Below, one piece after another: positions 1 through 17,944 of a stretch of DNA of 64,000 nucleotides. Position numbers and translations under genes: made by a program. The notes beneath the pieces are model-generated. The model was not told where the DNA came from. It did no database searches and saw only the letters and a list, made by a program, of their open reading frames with translations. The DNA is from Octopus vulgaris. Taxonomy: Eukaryota. Where the stretch lies: the NCBI GenBank assembly GCA_951406725.2, contig OX597824.1:20088001-20152000 (forward strand), written 5' to 3'. Position 1 is the stretch's first letter. Each line of letters begins with the position of its first letter.

Positions 1-193
1 GTGTAGGTGTGTATAAATGTGAATGTGTGTGAACGGGTGTGAGTGTGTGTGTGGTTGTTGGTGGAAGTTCATTTTTTTTTTGGAGGGGGGTTCATTTAAT
101 TGTGGCAAACAGAAATACGAAACTCAGAGTAGTGATGTATGGGGGGGGAGACACAGCTTCAAATAACTTGTATAGTTTGTGGAATTATATACA

Positions 194-357
194 GGCGCAG
201 GAGTGGCTGTGTGGTAAGTAGCTTGCTAACCAACCATATGGTTCTGGGTTCAGTCCCGCTGCGTGGCATCTTGGGCAAGTGTCTTCTGCTATAGCCCCGG
301 GCCGACCAATGCCTTGTGAGTGGATTTGGTAGACGGAAACTGAAAGAAGCCTGTCGT

Positions 358-388
<31 letters not shown>

Positions 389-616
389 CGTGTGTGTTTG
401 TGTGTCTGTGTTTGTCCCCCTAGCATTGCTTGACAACCGATGCTGGTGTGTTTATGTCCCCGTTACCTAGCGGTTCGGCAAAAGAGACCGATAGAATAAG
501 TACTGGGCTTACAAAAGAATAAGTCCCGGGGTCGATTTGCTCGAATAAAGGCGGTGCTCCAGCATGGCCGCAGTCAAATGACTGAAACAAGTAAAAGAGA
601 AAAGAGTAAAAGAGTA
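194..616 (+). mobile_element. tRNA-derived SINE family A (CORE-like), full length ~420 bp
   Basis: Head ggcgcaggagtggctgtgtggtaag with B-box-like ggttcagtccc; CORE-like ttgggcaagt; internal (TA)/(TG) tract; tail gactgaaacaagtaaaagag. More than 12 copies in the window. Confidence 0.9.
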
Positions 617-991
617 TATATCCTATATATTAGTGCTAACTAATTTTTCATCTACCATCTTTCTATCTTTCTCGTTCATCACGCAATGTTGCCACTCGAT
701 TTGTAATATATTACGAACCACTTATCTGGCTTCCAGAAATCCGGAATTTCCACAAATCCGAGTATTCTGTACAACATCATGCAATATACTATACCCTGTA
801 TTGGGTAAACAAACCCTGGTTTTTGAAGCTGGTTAATTTGCTTACGGTGTACTAAAAGTAGTTTTGAAGTGGATTGATCAGGATTAAACATATTCTACTT
901 TAGAAACGTATTATTTTTTACCTTTACCTGTTAATTAAACTCATGTTCTTTATTTTTCTTCCTCTAATTTTCGTCCTGTAAACATTATACC

Positions 992-1641
992 TATTTCTTT
1001 ACTACCCACAAGGGACAAACAAGGATAGACAAACGGATTAAGTCGATTATATTGACCCCAGTACCAGTTATATACTGGGGTCGATGTTATCGACTTAATC
1101 CGTTTGTCTGTCTTTGTTTGTCTTCTCTGTGTTTAGCTGGTACTTATTTAATCGACCCCGAAAGGATGAAAGGCAAAGTCGACCTCGGCGGAATTTGAAC
1201 TCAGAACGCAGCGGCAGACGAAATACTTATTTCTTTACTACCCACAAGGGGCTAAACACAGAGAGGACAAACAAGGACAGACAAACGGATTTAGTCGATT
1301 GTATCGACCCCAGTGCGGAACTGGTACTTATTTAATCGACCCCGAAAGGATGAAAGGCAAAGTCGACCTCGGCGGAATTTGAACTCAGAACGCAGCGGCA
1401 GACGAAATACCTATTTCTTTACTACCCACAAGGGGCTAAACACAGAGAGGACAAACAAGGACAGACAAACGGATTTAGTCGATTGTATCGACCCCAGTGC
1501 GGAACTGGTACTTAATTTATCGACCCCGAAAGGATGAAAGGCAAAGTCGACCTCGGCGGAGTTTGAACTCACAACGTAGCGGCAGGCGAAAACCGCTAAG
1601 CATTTCGCCCGGCGTGCTAACGTTTCTGCCAGCTCGCTGCC
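992..1641 (-). mobile_element. SINE family B head-to-tail tandem array (~184-bp units) with internal inversion
   Basis: Repeated units ending (element strand) gtaaagaaata; one full head near 1640; whole array flanked by 12-bp direct repeat aaacattatacc (980-991, 1648-1659). Confidence 0.88.
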
Positions 1642-1817
1642 TCCTGGAAACATTATACCGTATACATAGTACAATATGATATTTTAAGTGGATCAATAAA
1701 TAACAAACAAACCTTCTTTTCAAAGTGTATTAGCTGGAATCTCTTCAATGCAATTTATCTCTTCACTTTTCACAGTTTATTTTATATTTCTAGTATATAT
1801 TCATACTGTCTCCAGAT

Positions 1818-2222
1818 AACCGGAAAGTTCAGAAAACCGGAAAGTCCAGAAACCCGGAAAGTCCAGAAAACCGGTAAGTCCAGAAACCCGGGACTCTTTC
1901 GGTCCCAAGCTTACTGGATTATTGGTCCGGTACTGTATAACTACAAGACTCTTAGTGTTCGAAGTCCAGAAACCCGGGACACTTTCGGTCCCAAGCTTGC
2001 TAGATTATTGGTCCAGTACTGTATAACTACAAGAGTCTTAGTGTTCAAAGTCCAGAAACCCGGGACACTTTCGGTCCCAAGCTTGCTAGATTATTGGTCC
2101 AGTACTGTATAACTACAAGAGTCTTAGTGTTCAAAGTCCAGAAACCCGGGACTCTTTCGGTCCCAAGCTTGCTAGATTATTGGTCCGGTACTGTATAACT
2201 ACAAGAGTCTTAGAGTTCAAAG
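1818..2222. repeat. Short ccggaaagtccagaaa repeats followed by four 86-bp tandem units (likely amplified DNA-transposon/MITE end)
   Basis: Units start at 1876, 1962, 2048, 2134; each contains gtactgta, resembling a Tc1/pogo-type terminus plus TA; a similar ccggaa motif lies near 722-760. Confidence 0.8.
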
Positions 2223-2829
2223 CTAGAAGTTTAGTGTCATATGTAACAAGATTGATGTCTCTAAAGTAACGCTAATTTTATTAATATTTAACATGCTTTG
2301 TATCGGGAGACAGTTGGATTTTCAAATAAATTCTAACACATTCATCGCTTACTCCGTTCATGTTTGTGTTTAAACATTGATTTTTTTTAAAATTCTTTTC
2401 CCAAATTTCAAACCAAAGACACCGTTACTTGTAACTTCCATCGGTGATTGATTGTTTGCTGTAGAAAGCATTGCAAAAAAGATTGTCTGTGGAATGCAAT
2501 ATAAGGATAAGTCACTGGTCGATCAAGACAAGGCTGTCGACTTGGTGATTACTATACGAGAACAACGGAGGAGATGCGACTAAATATTGGATAGTTTAAG
2601 TAGGAAAGGAAACGCGGCTGGTTTTCTTATTAACTGTTGAAAGTCAGAAATGATGAATGCATATTATGGCAATCCATCCATCCAGAGGGGGGAAAAAAAT
2701 GTAAGTGTGGGCAAGCAGGGCGACTTTTATACGGTCACACGCACACACACACGCAGAGGTTTCATAATACAAATAGGAAAATAGAACTCAAAATATGAAT
2801 GTGTGTGTGTGTGTGTATATATATATATG

Positions 2830-3006
<177 letters not shown>

Positions 3007-3229
3007 TATATTATATTTAATTGGCAGAAGTTACAAGTACATGCATGTACACACGCGCATACATGCATATATATATATATATATCGACCTCAGTATATAA
3101 CTGATATTATTTGTAACAGATAGGAGAAACAGTTTAGAAAGCAACAATTGAACACTTCCAGACAAAAAGGACAGATTTATTAAATACCTGGTTAAATTAT
3201 AATGAATTATCATGGACTAACTTTATTTG

Positions 3230-3800
3230 TTGGTAGACATATTTTAACTGAGAGATCTGCTGTTAAAACGCGTGAAATTTGTTGCTACAGACGGATGTGA
3301 CATCTGTTGTTAAAATATAGATGTGATATTTGTTGTTAGCAAATAGATGTAAAATATTGTTAACAGATGAATAACAAAACTGTTGTTATACCCGTCAAAT
3401 ATGTTGTTAGCAGCTTGACGTCAATACATTAACATAAAGATGTTAAATCTATTTTAGTAAATATTTGTCAAATCTGTCGTTAACCGATGATTATGAAACC
3501 TGTTGTCAAGCGATATATTTAAAATTAATTGTTTTTTTTTTTTTGTAGGGGCAGGGATGCGATAAATGTCAAATTTATTGAGAGCAAATAGATGTCAAAA
3601 TATGTTGTTGCCTAGAGATACATTATGCTGAATTTATTATATAACAGACGGTTGTTAAATCTCTTTCTGTAAAAATCTTTTATGTGTAAAATCTGTTAGC
3701 AAGTTGATATCAAACATATTAATAGATTGATTGTAAAAAAAAAATATCTATGGTTAGCAGATATATGTCATATCTATAAGCAGATACGGTCAAATATATT
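3230..3800. repeat. Degenerate AT-rich minisatellite (aaatctgttgttaacagatagatgt-like units)
   Basis: Recurring tctgttgtta / atagatgt motifs at irregular ~25-30 bp spacing. Confidence 0.55.
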
Positions 3801-4100
3801 GTTTGTTCCTTCTGGAGCCACGCCTGGCTCATAAGGGCCGATTCCCCGGTTTCCTCTGCGTATAGGTTCCCCAACTGGACGGGACGCCGGTCCGTCGCAG
3901 GTGAGCTGCAAGATGCAAGAGGAAAGAGTGGGAGAAAGTTGTGGCGAAAGAATCAGTAGAAGTTCGCCATTACCTTCTGCCGGAGCCGCGTGGAGCTTAG
4001 GTGTTTCGCTCATAAACAAACACATCACCCGGTCTGAGATTCGAACCCGCGATCCCTCGACCGCGAGTCCGCTGCTCTAACCACTAGGCCATGTGCCGCC
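3797..4100 (-). mobile_element. SINE family C (tRNA-Arg-like head), V-domain-like tail
   Basis: Minus strand tggcctagtggttagagcagcggactcgcggtcg...gggttcgaatc; tail ctgcgacggaccggcgtcccgtccag. Confidence 0.85.
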
Positions 4101-4621
4101 TCAGATGCCAGTATAACTAGCTCTCAATAAAACCAGCTGACAATATAACTATCTACCAATACAACTAGCTGCAAATATCACTAGATGACAATATGACTAG
4201 CTGTCGATATAACTGGCTACTAATATAACTAGCTGTCAATAAAACCCAGGTAACTAGCTGTATATATAATTACCTATTAATATAACTAGCTGTCAAGCTA
4301 TAGAGCAAGCTATCAATGTAACAAGCTTTCAGAACTATTGTGTAGTTTCATTCCAAGGAAGTGTTTAAAGATGGTTTCTTATGTTTCTTCAACTGAAATA
4401 TATTGATTTACGCTCCTCGACGCCATTTGTCGGATAATTCACAATCCTTGTTTGTTATTGTTGTTGCTGCTGCTGGTGCTACTATTTAGCGCCAACTCAA
4501 CCCCAGTTGAGCACCACTTTGATCCTAGCCGTTCCAATCATGACCATCCCACCCTTTTGACGATCTGCATTTTTATATGTAACCCTCTCTTTTCAAGTTT
4601 AAATTGAAAATAACTTTCTAG

Positions 4622-4790
4622 TAGAAGGTAAATGGCGAACTTCTGCTGACTCTTTCACCACAAATTTCTCTCACTCTTTCCTCCTGCATCTTGCAGCTCA
4701 CCTGCGACGGATCGGCGTCCCGTCCAGGTGGGGAACCTATATGCCAAGGAAACCGGTAACCGGCCCCTATGAGCCAGGAATGGCTCGATA
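4622..4790 (+). mobile_element. SINE family C 3' fragment (V-domain-like tail)
   Basis: Matches the 3' half of the 3797-4100 copy in opposite orientation. Confidence 0.8.
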
Positions 4791-4857
4791 CTGGCAGCTA
4801 GTTGTATTGATAGTCAGTTATGATGGCAGCTAGTTATTTTGTTATATAGTTATTTTG

Positions 4858-5058
4858 GTACAAGGCCAGTAAGTTTGAGGAGGGGGAAAGTCGATTACAT
4901 TGACCCCACTACTCAGCTGGTACTTATTTTATCGATCCCGAAAAAAGATGAAAGGCAAAGTCGACCACGGCGGAATTTGAACTCAGAACGTCAAGATAGA
5001 CGAAATGCCGCTTAGCATTATGCTCAGCGAGCTAACGATTCTGCCAGTTCGCCGCCTT
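4858..5058 (-). mobile_element. SINE family B, alternative tail
   Basis: gatgaaaggcaaagtcgacc...gaatttgaactcagaacg core with the caaggcc-type tail. Confidence 0.8.
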
Positions 5059-5899
5059 AACAGCTGGTTATATTGACAGCTATTAATATTTACTCCACTT
5101 TACTCCAAATTGAACCTGGAAACGTATGTTAACGGGCCTTCAAACAACAGATTGATCTGCGGGCTGGTTCGTCTCTTTGGAAGCTCTTTTCCATATCCAT
5201 CTTTGTAATTAAATGTTTTTACAAACCCCAGTGTGACAGACCTAACCCTTCATCTGGCTTAGCACCAACACTTTGTCCTTGGCTACCTTTAACAGAATCT
5301 GCTCTGTTGCAGACATTTGAACAAAGTCTTCAGTTGAAAAAGGCTCCAGTTTTGGAGGCTTTGAAAAGAGACATTGATGCCGGATTGTTTCCTCTAACTA
5401 AATCTTATTATATTTCGTTTTTGGACTTGGTTTGCTAGATTCTTTATATGAGTTCGTCTGTTGAAGCATATTCTGTTGTGTCTGGGGAGTCATTTTCTTT
5501 TTGTTCCTTATTACAAAACTATTGCAAAGGTTGCAAGACGCAACGAAAATTTTAGGACAATAAAAATCAGAAAAAAGTGGAAATTTTACCGGTGAGTGTG
5601 TTACATAATAAGGCACAAAAAGAAAATGACTCTCCCCAGACACAACAGAATAAATCTTATTATTTTAATATCTCTAAGGTCGACACTTAACCCAGTTTCT
5701 GCAGTATCAAATTTCCCTTTGAATATGGTACTAGCCTGTTATAGCTAGCTTTCAGTGACGTGCTGCACCCATTTCTTCACAGCGAGTTAAAAGTATCATA
5801 AAATAGAATCACAAGCCCTAAGATATAACGAAATGTATGCTGCGGATTTGAACTTACAACCAATTGGTTGGTAGTTCTAATGCAAAATCTAACAGACAA

Positions 5900-6480
5900 T
5901 TCCTTTTCTACTCAAGGCACAAGGCCCGAAATTTTTGGGTAGGTGGGGCAGTCGATTAGATCGACCCTAGTGCGTAACTGGTACATAATTTATCGAGCCC
6001 GAAAGGATGAAAGGCAAAGTCGACCTCGGCGGAATTTGAACTCAGAACGTAAAGACAGACGAAATACCTATTTCTTTACTATCCACAAGGGGCTAAACAC
6101 AGACGGGACAAACAAGGACAGACAAACGGATTAAGTCGATTATATTGACGCCAGTGCGTAACTGGTAGTTAATTAATCGACCCCGAAAGGATGAAAGGCA
6201 AAGTCGACCTCGGCGGAATTTGAACTCAGAGCGTAAAGACAGACGAAATACCTATTCTTTACTACCCACAAGGGGCTAAACATAGAGTGGACAAACAAGG
6301 ACAGACAAACAGATTAAGTCGATTATATTGACCCCAGTGCGTAACTGGTACTTAATTAATCGACCCCGAAATGATGAAAGGCAAAGTCGAGGTCGGTGGA
6401 ATTTGAACTCAGAACGTAGCGGCAGGCGAAACACCGCTAAGCATTTCGCCCAGCGTGCTAACGTTTCTGCCAACTCGCCG
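5900..6480 (-). mobile_element. SINE family B tandem array (three units, mixed tails)
   Basis: Three cores; leftmost unit has the ttctactcaaggcacaaggcc tail, the others the tatttctttact tail. Confidence 0.85.
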
Positions 6481-6533
6481 GGTCTGAAAGAAACTAACAT
6501 AAATGACGTTTTTATAAATCTATAGTGTGTTTT

Positions 6534-6800
6534 GTGTGTTGTGTTCTTGAGCAAGACACTTTCTTTCACGTTACTCCAGTTCACTCAGCTGTAGAAATGA
6601 GTTGCGAGGCCACTGGTGCCAAGCTGTATCGGCCCCTTTGCCTTTTCCCTCGGATAACATCAGTGGCGTAGAGAGTGGAGGTTGTTATGCATGGACGACT
6701 GCTGGACTTCCTTAAACAACCTTGCCCGGCCTTGAGCTTCGAAGAGGAACTTTCTAAGTGCAATCACATGGTCATATATGACTGAAGGGGGTCTTTACCC
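6534..6800 (+). mobile_element. 5'-truncated CORE-like SINE with a distinct tail
   Basis: gtgttcttgagcaagacactt CORE-like motif, cactcagctgtagaaatgag, tail ggtcatatatgactgaagggggtctttaccc. Confidence 0.55.
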
Positions 6801-6900
6801 ACAACCCTTTATAGTCATTATAAAGACAGCATATTTCTTACTCCGTCCGGATGTATAACACAAACGGTTAATTATTCAAGTTTTCACCACCAGAAGTAAC

Positions 6901-7728
<828 letters not shown>

Positions 7729-7853
7729 AGTGGGCAGATAATTAATTAACATGGTACCTGTACGATACTCAATTTCGCCTCCTTCAAGCTTTTTGCAAAA
7801 AGTCTCCTAGGTTTTTTTGTTTGTTCGTTTTTTTCTTGTTTTTTTTTTTCATT

Positions 7854-8250
7854 GATAGCTCTGTGAAGTTTTCTGATCTATTCGTTATTAGCGACAGACA
7901 CAGTATCATTTCAAAATAATATTCTGTTTATCTTACATAATGTGTAGATATGCAGTAGAAAGCCACAAAACTGTGATATTCGTCTCGAGAAAGCATCTCG
8001 TATAGACTTATAGTGCAAAAAAGCACAGAAAAATATCAATTATCAGAAGCAGATAGCCCTGTGAAGTTTTCTGATCTATTCGTTATTAGCGACAGAAACA
8101 GTATCATTTCAAAATAATATTCTGCTTATCTTACATAATGTGTAGATATGCAGTAGAAAGCCACAAAACTGTGATATTCGTCTCGAGAAAGCATCTCGTA
8201 TAGACTTATAGTGCTAAAAAGCACAGAAAAATATCAAATATCGGAAGCAG
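7854..8250. repeat. Tandem duplication, two 198-bp units
   Basis: gatagc(t/c)ctgtgaagttttctgatc starts at 7854 and 8052; only a few substitutions. Confidence 0.92.
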
Positions 8251-8979
8251 ACGAAAAGGGTGTATAGTCAACGAACCAGCAATAACTACAGACTTATGTA
8301 CTTGCTTGAAAATTTTCTTCTATCCAATCAAAATTTAATCGAAGAAGAACGGTTTTTTTAACAAAAATATTGTGTAATCCGGAGACTCCATTTTAAAACT
8401 TAAACATAAGTGACCTCGTTAGAACCTCCCCTAAATCACAACGACAGTCAAATAAGCAAATTTATCTCTCATCAAAAATTACACAAATATTTTTATATTT
8501 ATATTTTCATTTTCATTTTTACAAAATAAATTCAAAAAACTGCGATAGATAACAAAAGTCGAAGCCATCAAACGTTTCAAACTGAACACGTAAAATGTGA
8601 ATGAATAGTATTTTTTTTTTTTGTTATTATTTTCTTTGTATCTTTTATTTGCTTTTCGGCGTGGTGGTGGCGGTGGTGGTGGGGGAGAGACGGCGGTGTT
8701 GAGGAGAATATAAAACACTGAAATAATTCGTTGAATAGTGAGTTATCTTTGCCGAACAGACGTTGGCATCCATTTACAGCAGCATTTACATTGTACGTTA
8801 TTATCTACGGATATTTCAATACATAATGGCGACTTTAAAGCCAAACGTAGACTCTGCTGAATAACGACAAAACTTTGAGGATATTTACAGACATGCTTTG
8901 CAGAGAGTTCATGGAAGCGGGGTGAAGGACTGCTGTCCAGGAGGCGGGCAGAGATTCGTTTGAAAAAATAATATATTTG

Positions 8980-10860
<1,881 letters not shown>

Positions 10861-10974
10861 TATTAACATACATGTATACATATACTCACACATATATTAA
10901 TCACATTCAAAGGATGTTATCAACTTACAATTCGCTCCATTGTTGTTGAGATTCAATATTTTTGTTTAATATGT

Positions 10975-11008
<34 letters not shown>

Positions 11009-11234
11009 TTTAATGCATGCGATTATGCGTGTTATATGCAAGTGAGAGACAGAGAGAGAGAGAGAGAGCGGGGTGAGTAGGTGTGGGTAGGTAGGGAGGT
11101 GATGATTATGTTTGTTTTTTTTCTTTCGCCATTAACAAGAAAGTGTCATATAAGCTGGAAACAATGGATCTGTGCAGTTGGCTGAGAGCGAACCAGAAGA
11201 CTGACAAACAACCCAACGGACAAACTCTTTCAGT

Positions 11235-11374
11235 GAGAGAGAGAGAGAGAGAGAGAGAGTGAGAGAGACAGGCAGACAGACAGACAGATGGATAGATGGA
11301 TGGATGGATGGATAGATAGATGGATAGATAGATAGATGGATAGATAGATAGATAGATTGATAGATAGATAGATT

Positions 11375-11429
<55 letters not shown>

Positions 11430-11617
11430 GGATAGATGGATAGATAGATAGACAGACAGATAGACAGATAGATAGATAAACAGACAGACAGACAGATAGA
11501 CAGACAGACAGATAGATAGACAGACAGATAGATAGACAAATAGATAGATAGACAGACAGATAGATAGACAGATATATAGACAGACAGACAGACAGACAGA
11601 TAGACAGATAGACAGAC

Positions 11618-11687
<70 letters not shown>

Positions 11688-11740
11688 GATTGACTGACTG
11701 ACTGACTGATTGATTGATTGAGTGGTTGATTGATTGATTG
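11235..11740. repeat. (GA)n/(GATA)n/(GACA)n/(GATT)n microsatellite
   Basis: Read directly. Confidence 0.95.
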
Positions 11741-12308
11741 ATATGTGAGTGGGAGAATGGGAAAAGAAAGAAAGAAAGCAAGAAAGGAAGTAAGAAAGAA
11801 AGAACTTGGTGGCGGAGGAGGAGGAGGAGGAAGCGGAGGAAGAGGAGAGGAGGAAGAGGAGGAAGAGGAGGAAGAGGAGAGGAAGTAGAGAATGTGAAGT
11901 TAGAGAAGGTGGCGGAGGAGGTAGAAAAAAAATAAAGAACTAGAACAAGAACGAGGAAGTATGAAAGAACAAGAAAAGCAACAACAAAAATAAGAAGAAA
12001 ACAAGAAGAAAAAAAAAAGACATAAAAGAATGAATTAATGAAGAAAGAGAGAACAAACGAGAAGTAAAAATGAAAGCCATGATCGGTGGGTAATGATGGC
12101 GGTGATGAGGTTTGGTTTTGTCGGGGTTTTTTTTTTTTTCCCTTGAATATTTCTGTCATAAGTGTGTCAATAGATATTTGCTTCAAGTGGACTTGATACA
12201 AAACATATCAAACAAAACAACAATAAGCGCAGGTCTCATACCGTCCCCAATTTCACTTACTATCTCTCTATCCATCTATCTTTGACCGTCTATCACTCTT
12301 TCGATATG

Positions 12309-12370
<62 letters not shown>

Positions 12371-12507
12371 CACACACAGGCTGCGTTAATATTGGCCACG
12401 CTATGTCACAGCACGTCCATACACCCAAAACATAATCGATTCCTCTACTACACTGGTCAGTGGTCTTTTTTAATATCTTCCACTATAAAATAGCGTTTGA
12501 ATACCAG

Positions 12508-12625
12508 CATACATACCTACATACATACACACACATATACACACACTTATGTACTCATAGATATATCCACGATATACACACAACATATACATACGTACGT
12601 ATCCATATATGTATGTATATATATA

Positions 12626-12675
<50 letters not shown>

Positions 12676-12962
12676 CGTTTAGGAATGCATATGAGAAAAA
12701 GAATGCTTAATATTACGCAGCAACGAGTTCATTTCATTGTGTAGAATAAAGGATTTGTGGAATTTTATGGCAGTCGATTGTCCGTACTGCCTGAGAATGC
12801 ATGCTAAAAGACAAAATAATGTACAGAATTGTTACTTGTGCCTAGATTTCTTTGGTTAACGGAGGTCGCAGGCTAAGATTCAGTATCTTCTTCTGGCGTT
12901 TGTGATATCCAATTTTCTCCGGCGTTTAGTTACCTTTATTTTCTACCAGGTTACCGTAGTTT
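12508..12962 (+). repeat. Dispersed repeat copy 2 (partner of 6901-7728)
   Basis: Same sequence with an uninterrupted TA tract. Confidence 0.85.
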
Positions 12963-13893
12963 TTGAGTCAGAATGTAAAATTTCTCCACTAAACAGAACG
13001 TACATCATTTTTGCTTCATTGATACACGGGGATGCAGTATCTAGTTTGATCCCAGCTATGGAAATGCTGTCAGTTCCATAATCCTTTGCTCCCAGATGTA
13101 CCGTGATAAAGAAGTGCTATTGATTCTCTGGATTTGATTGAGTATGTATGTTGTTTGAATCTCTACTTAAACATGTGTTCTGTGAGTCCAGTATAATTTC
13201 TCTTAATACGTTTGTGTTTTAATATCTTTGTATATCACTGTGTTAAAAAACGCATGGCTTATTTAGTGAACAGCTTCACTTGGTTCTTTCTCTATTACTT
13301 GTTGAGTTTGGAACAGTTTGGAACAGGTAGTACGAAGATCGCTTGATTTGTTTCTGGCTGTATTTTTTTTACTGTGAAACAATCTTGTCCAAATAACAAC
13401 AGCAGAGTTTTGGTATTGTTTTTGGTATAAGAAATTAATGAATGTCGAGACAGAATGGTTCCAGGTTGGTATTTATATTCTTGCAATAATCCTATTAAAC
13501 CACATTCTATTTCTCTTCTAGACTTATTATTTCAAGGCTGTGATATTCAGTGGTTCCTCGTTAAAATTCCTCTTTGGTGCAGTATTGTTATGGCAGTTGT
13601 GACATGGTTGAAAATAACCCTGTTAAACGATTGCTTGGATGTACTCCTAATTATTCCTTCTCTTATTTTTAAGTTGGAGTTTTCATCCACACACTTGCAC
13701 CCACACACACGCATATTTAAATGTGGAACAATGAGAATGAGTGCTCAACACCGCATTGGCGGATAAAAGTTCTTTTTTTTGTGTGTATTAAGGCTACTAT
13801 TGGTTTCATGTTAAGAAACTATCTTAATATCTTAAATTTTCAAGCCGATCATATGCAGGAATGGTGTTCGTCCCCATATATATATATATGCAC

Positions 13894-13926
<33 letters not shown>

Positions 13927-13990
13927 TGTATGTATGTATGTATGTATGTATGTATGTATGTATGTATGTATATATATGTATATATATATG

Positions 13991-14035
<45 letters not shown>

Positions 14036-14558
14036 GTATATATATGTATATATATATGTATATATGTATATATATGTAGATGTGTGTGTAAATATATGTG
14101 TGTGTGTGTGCATGTATGTATGTAAGTATGTGTAGTATACTGGTCTGTTCTGTTATTGGCGGGATCAACAAAAAATTACTCCATCCATCTAGAGATAAAG
14201 ATCATTTAATATACACAGGATTTAAATCTGAGCTACTGTAGGTTTCATGCTTCGATAGTACAATGGTCGGATGAACTTGTAAAGTGTGCCTGTTCGATAG
14301 TACATGTCACGCTATGAAATAACAGGTTTATATCCATGATTCAAGACAAGATGACCTATGGTACTCAACGAAGTGTTTCATCTGCCTTTTTTGTCTTTCT
14401 CTTCTTCTGCACCCCGCCCCTTCAAAGACCCATTTCGATACAGCATTTTATGAGTTCTCTTCCTTTGTGGAGTATAAGTATCTTGATCCCTCTTCCCTTG
14501 AATATGATATATATATATATATTTAGGCACAAATAGATAGATAGATAGACAGATAGAC

Positions 14559-16246
<1,688 letters not shown>

Positions 16247-16264
16247 ATAGATAGATAGATAGAT

Positions 16265-16470
<206 letters not shown>

Positions 16471-16476
16471 TGGTTT

Positions 16477-16580
<104 letters not shown>

Positions 16581-16595
16581 AAGAAAGAAAGAAAG

Positions 16596-16664
<69 letters not shown>

Positions 16665-16679
16665 TCTTTATTGGCCAGC

Positions 16680-16906
16680 TGCGAGCTGGCAGAAACGTTA
16701 GCACGCCGGGCGAAATGCGTAGCCGTATTTCGTCTGCCGCTACGTTCTGAGTTCAAATTCCGCCGAGGTCGACTTTGCCTTTCATCCTTTCGGGGGTCGA
16801 TAAATTAAGTACCAGTTACGCACTGGGATCGATGTAATCGACTTAATCCGTTTGTCTGTCCTTGTTTGTCCCTTCTATGTTTACCCCTTGTGGGTAATAA
16901 AGAAAC
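16680..16906 (+). mobile_element. SINE family B with 14-bp target-site duplication
   Basis: agatatctttattg at 16660-16673 and 16907-16920; inserted into the end of another Tx1-like 3' stub (16911-16980). Confidence 0.88.
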
Positions 16907-17354
16907 AGATATCTTTATTGTCCACACAGGGCTGAACACAGACGGGACAAATTACAAAGTAAAGCTTTTCTTTTTGGGAAGAAGAAGAGATCCTTTAGAG
17001 CAGTGATTACCAAAACGGGGCATACACCCCCACACCCGGTAGTGCCTTGGAAAATTGTGGTGGAGCGTGGAATCCAAATTTTTAGGTCTTTTTTTAGTGA
17101 GACATGGAATCGTGAAAATGTTTTGTTTCTCAGCAACCATACAACTCCTATACTAAGCCTAGCTAAACCAATCCTTCTAACCAAGTATACTGTGTGAAAA
17201 CGGTTTTCTACAGTAGAGTGATATTCTAATGCCATAGAGTGGATATTTCTTTAAGAAAAGTATAATAATTATGAGAAATCGATACTCAGTACTTGATAAA
17301 AGAGGTACGGGTAGATTCTTGTGTATTAAATAATTAATAAAATGATAAAATATT

Positions 17355-17944
17355 TATTTCTTTATTGCCCACAGGGGGTTAAACATAGAAAGGACAAACA
17401 AGGACACACAAACGGATTAAGTCGATTACATTGACCCCAGTGCGTAACTGGTATCGACCCCGAAAAGATGATAGGTAAAATCGACCTCGGCGGAATTTGA
17501 ACTCAGAACGTAACAGCAGACGAAATACCTATTTCTTTTCTACACACAAGGGGCTAAACACAGAGAGGACAAACAAGGACAGACAAACTGATTAAATCGA
17601 TTACATCGACCCCAGTGCGTAACCGACCCCGAATTTAATCGACCCCGAAAGGATGAAAGGCAAAGTCGACCTCGGCGGTATTTGAACTCAGAACGTAACG
17701 GCAGACGAAATACCTGTTTCTTTACTACCCACAGGGGGCTAAACATAGAGTGGACAAACAAGGACAGAAAAACGGATTAAGTCGATTACATCGACCCCAG
17801 TGCGTAACTGGTACTTAATTTATCGAAAGGATGAAAGGCAAAGTCGACCTCGGCTGAATTTGAACTCAGCACGTAGCGGCAGACGAAATACGGCTAAGAA
17901 TTTCACCCGGCGTGCTTTTAACGTTTCTACCAGCTCGCCGCCTT
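17355..17944 (-). mobile_element. SINE family B tandem array (three units)
   Basis: Repeated cores joined at gacgaaatacc|t(a/g)tttc. Confidence 0.87.

Noticed and set aside
1876-2222. CRISPR-like regular repeats
   Set aside because: No unique spacers, whole units repeat, eukaryotic context, no cas genes.
5687-5790. TTAA-flanked mini piggyBac
   Set aside because: Terminal inverted match too short and imperfect.
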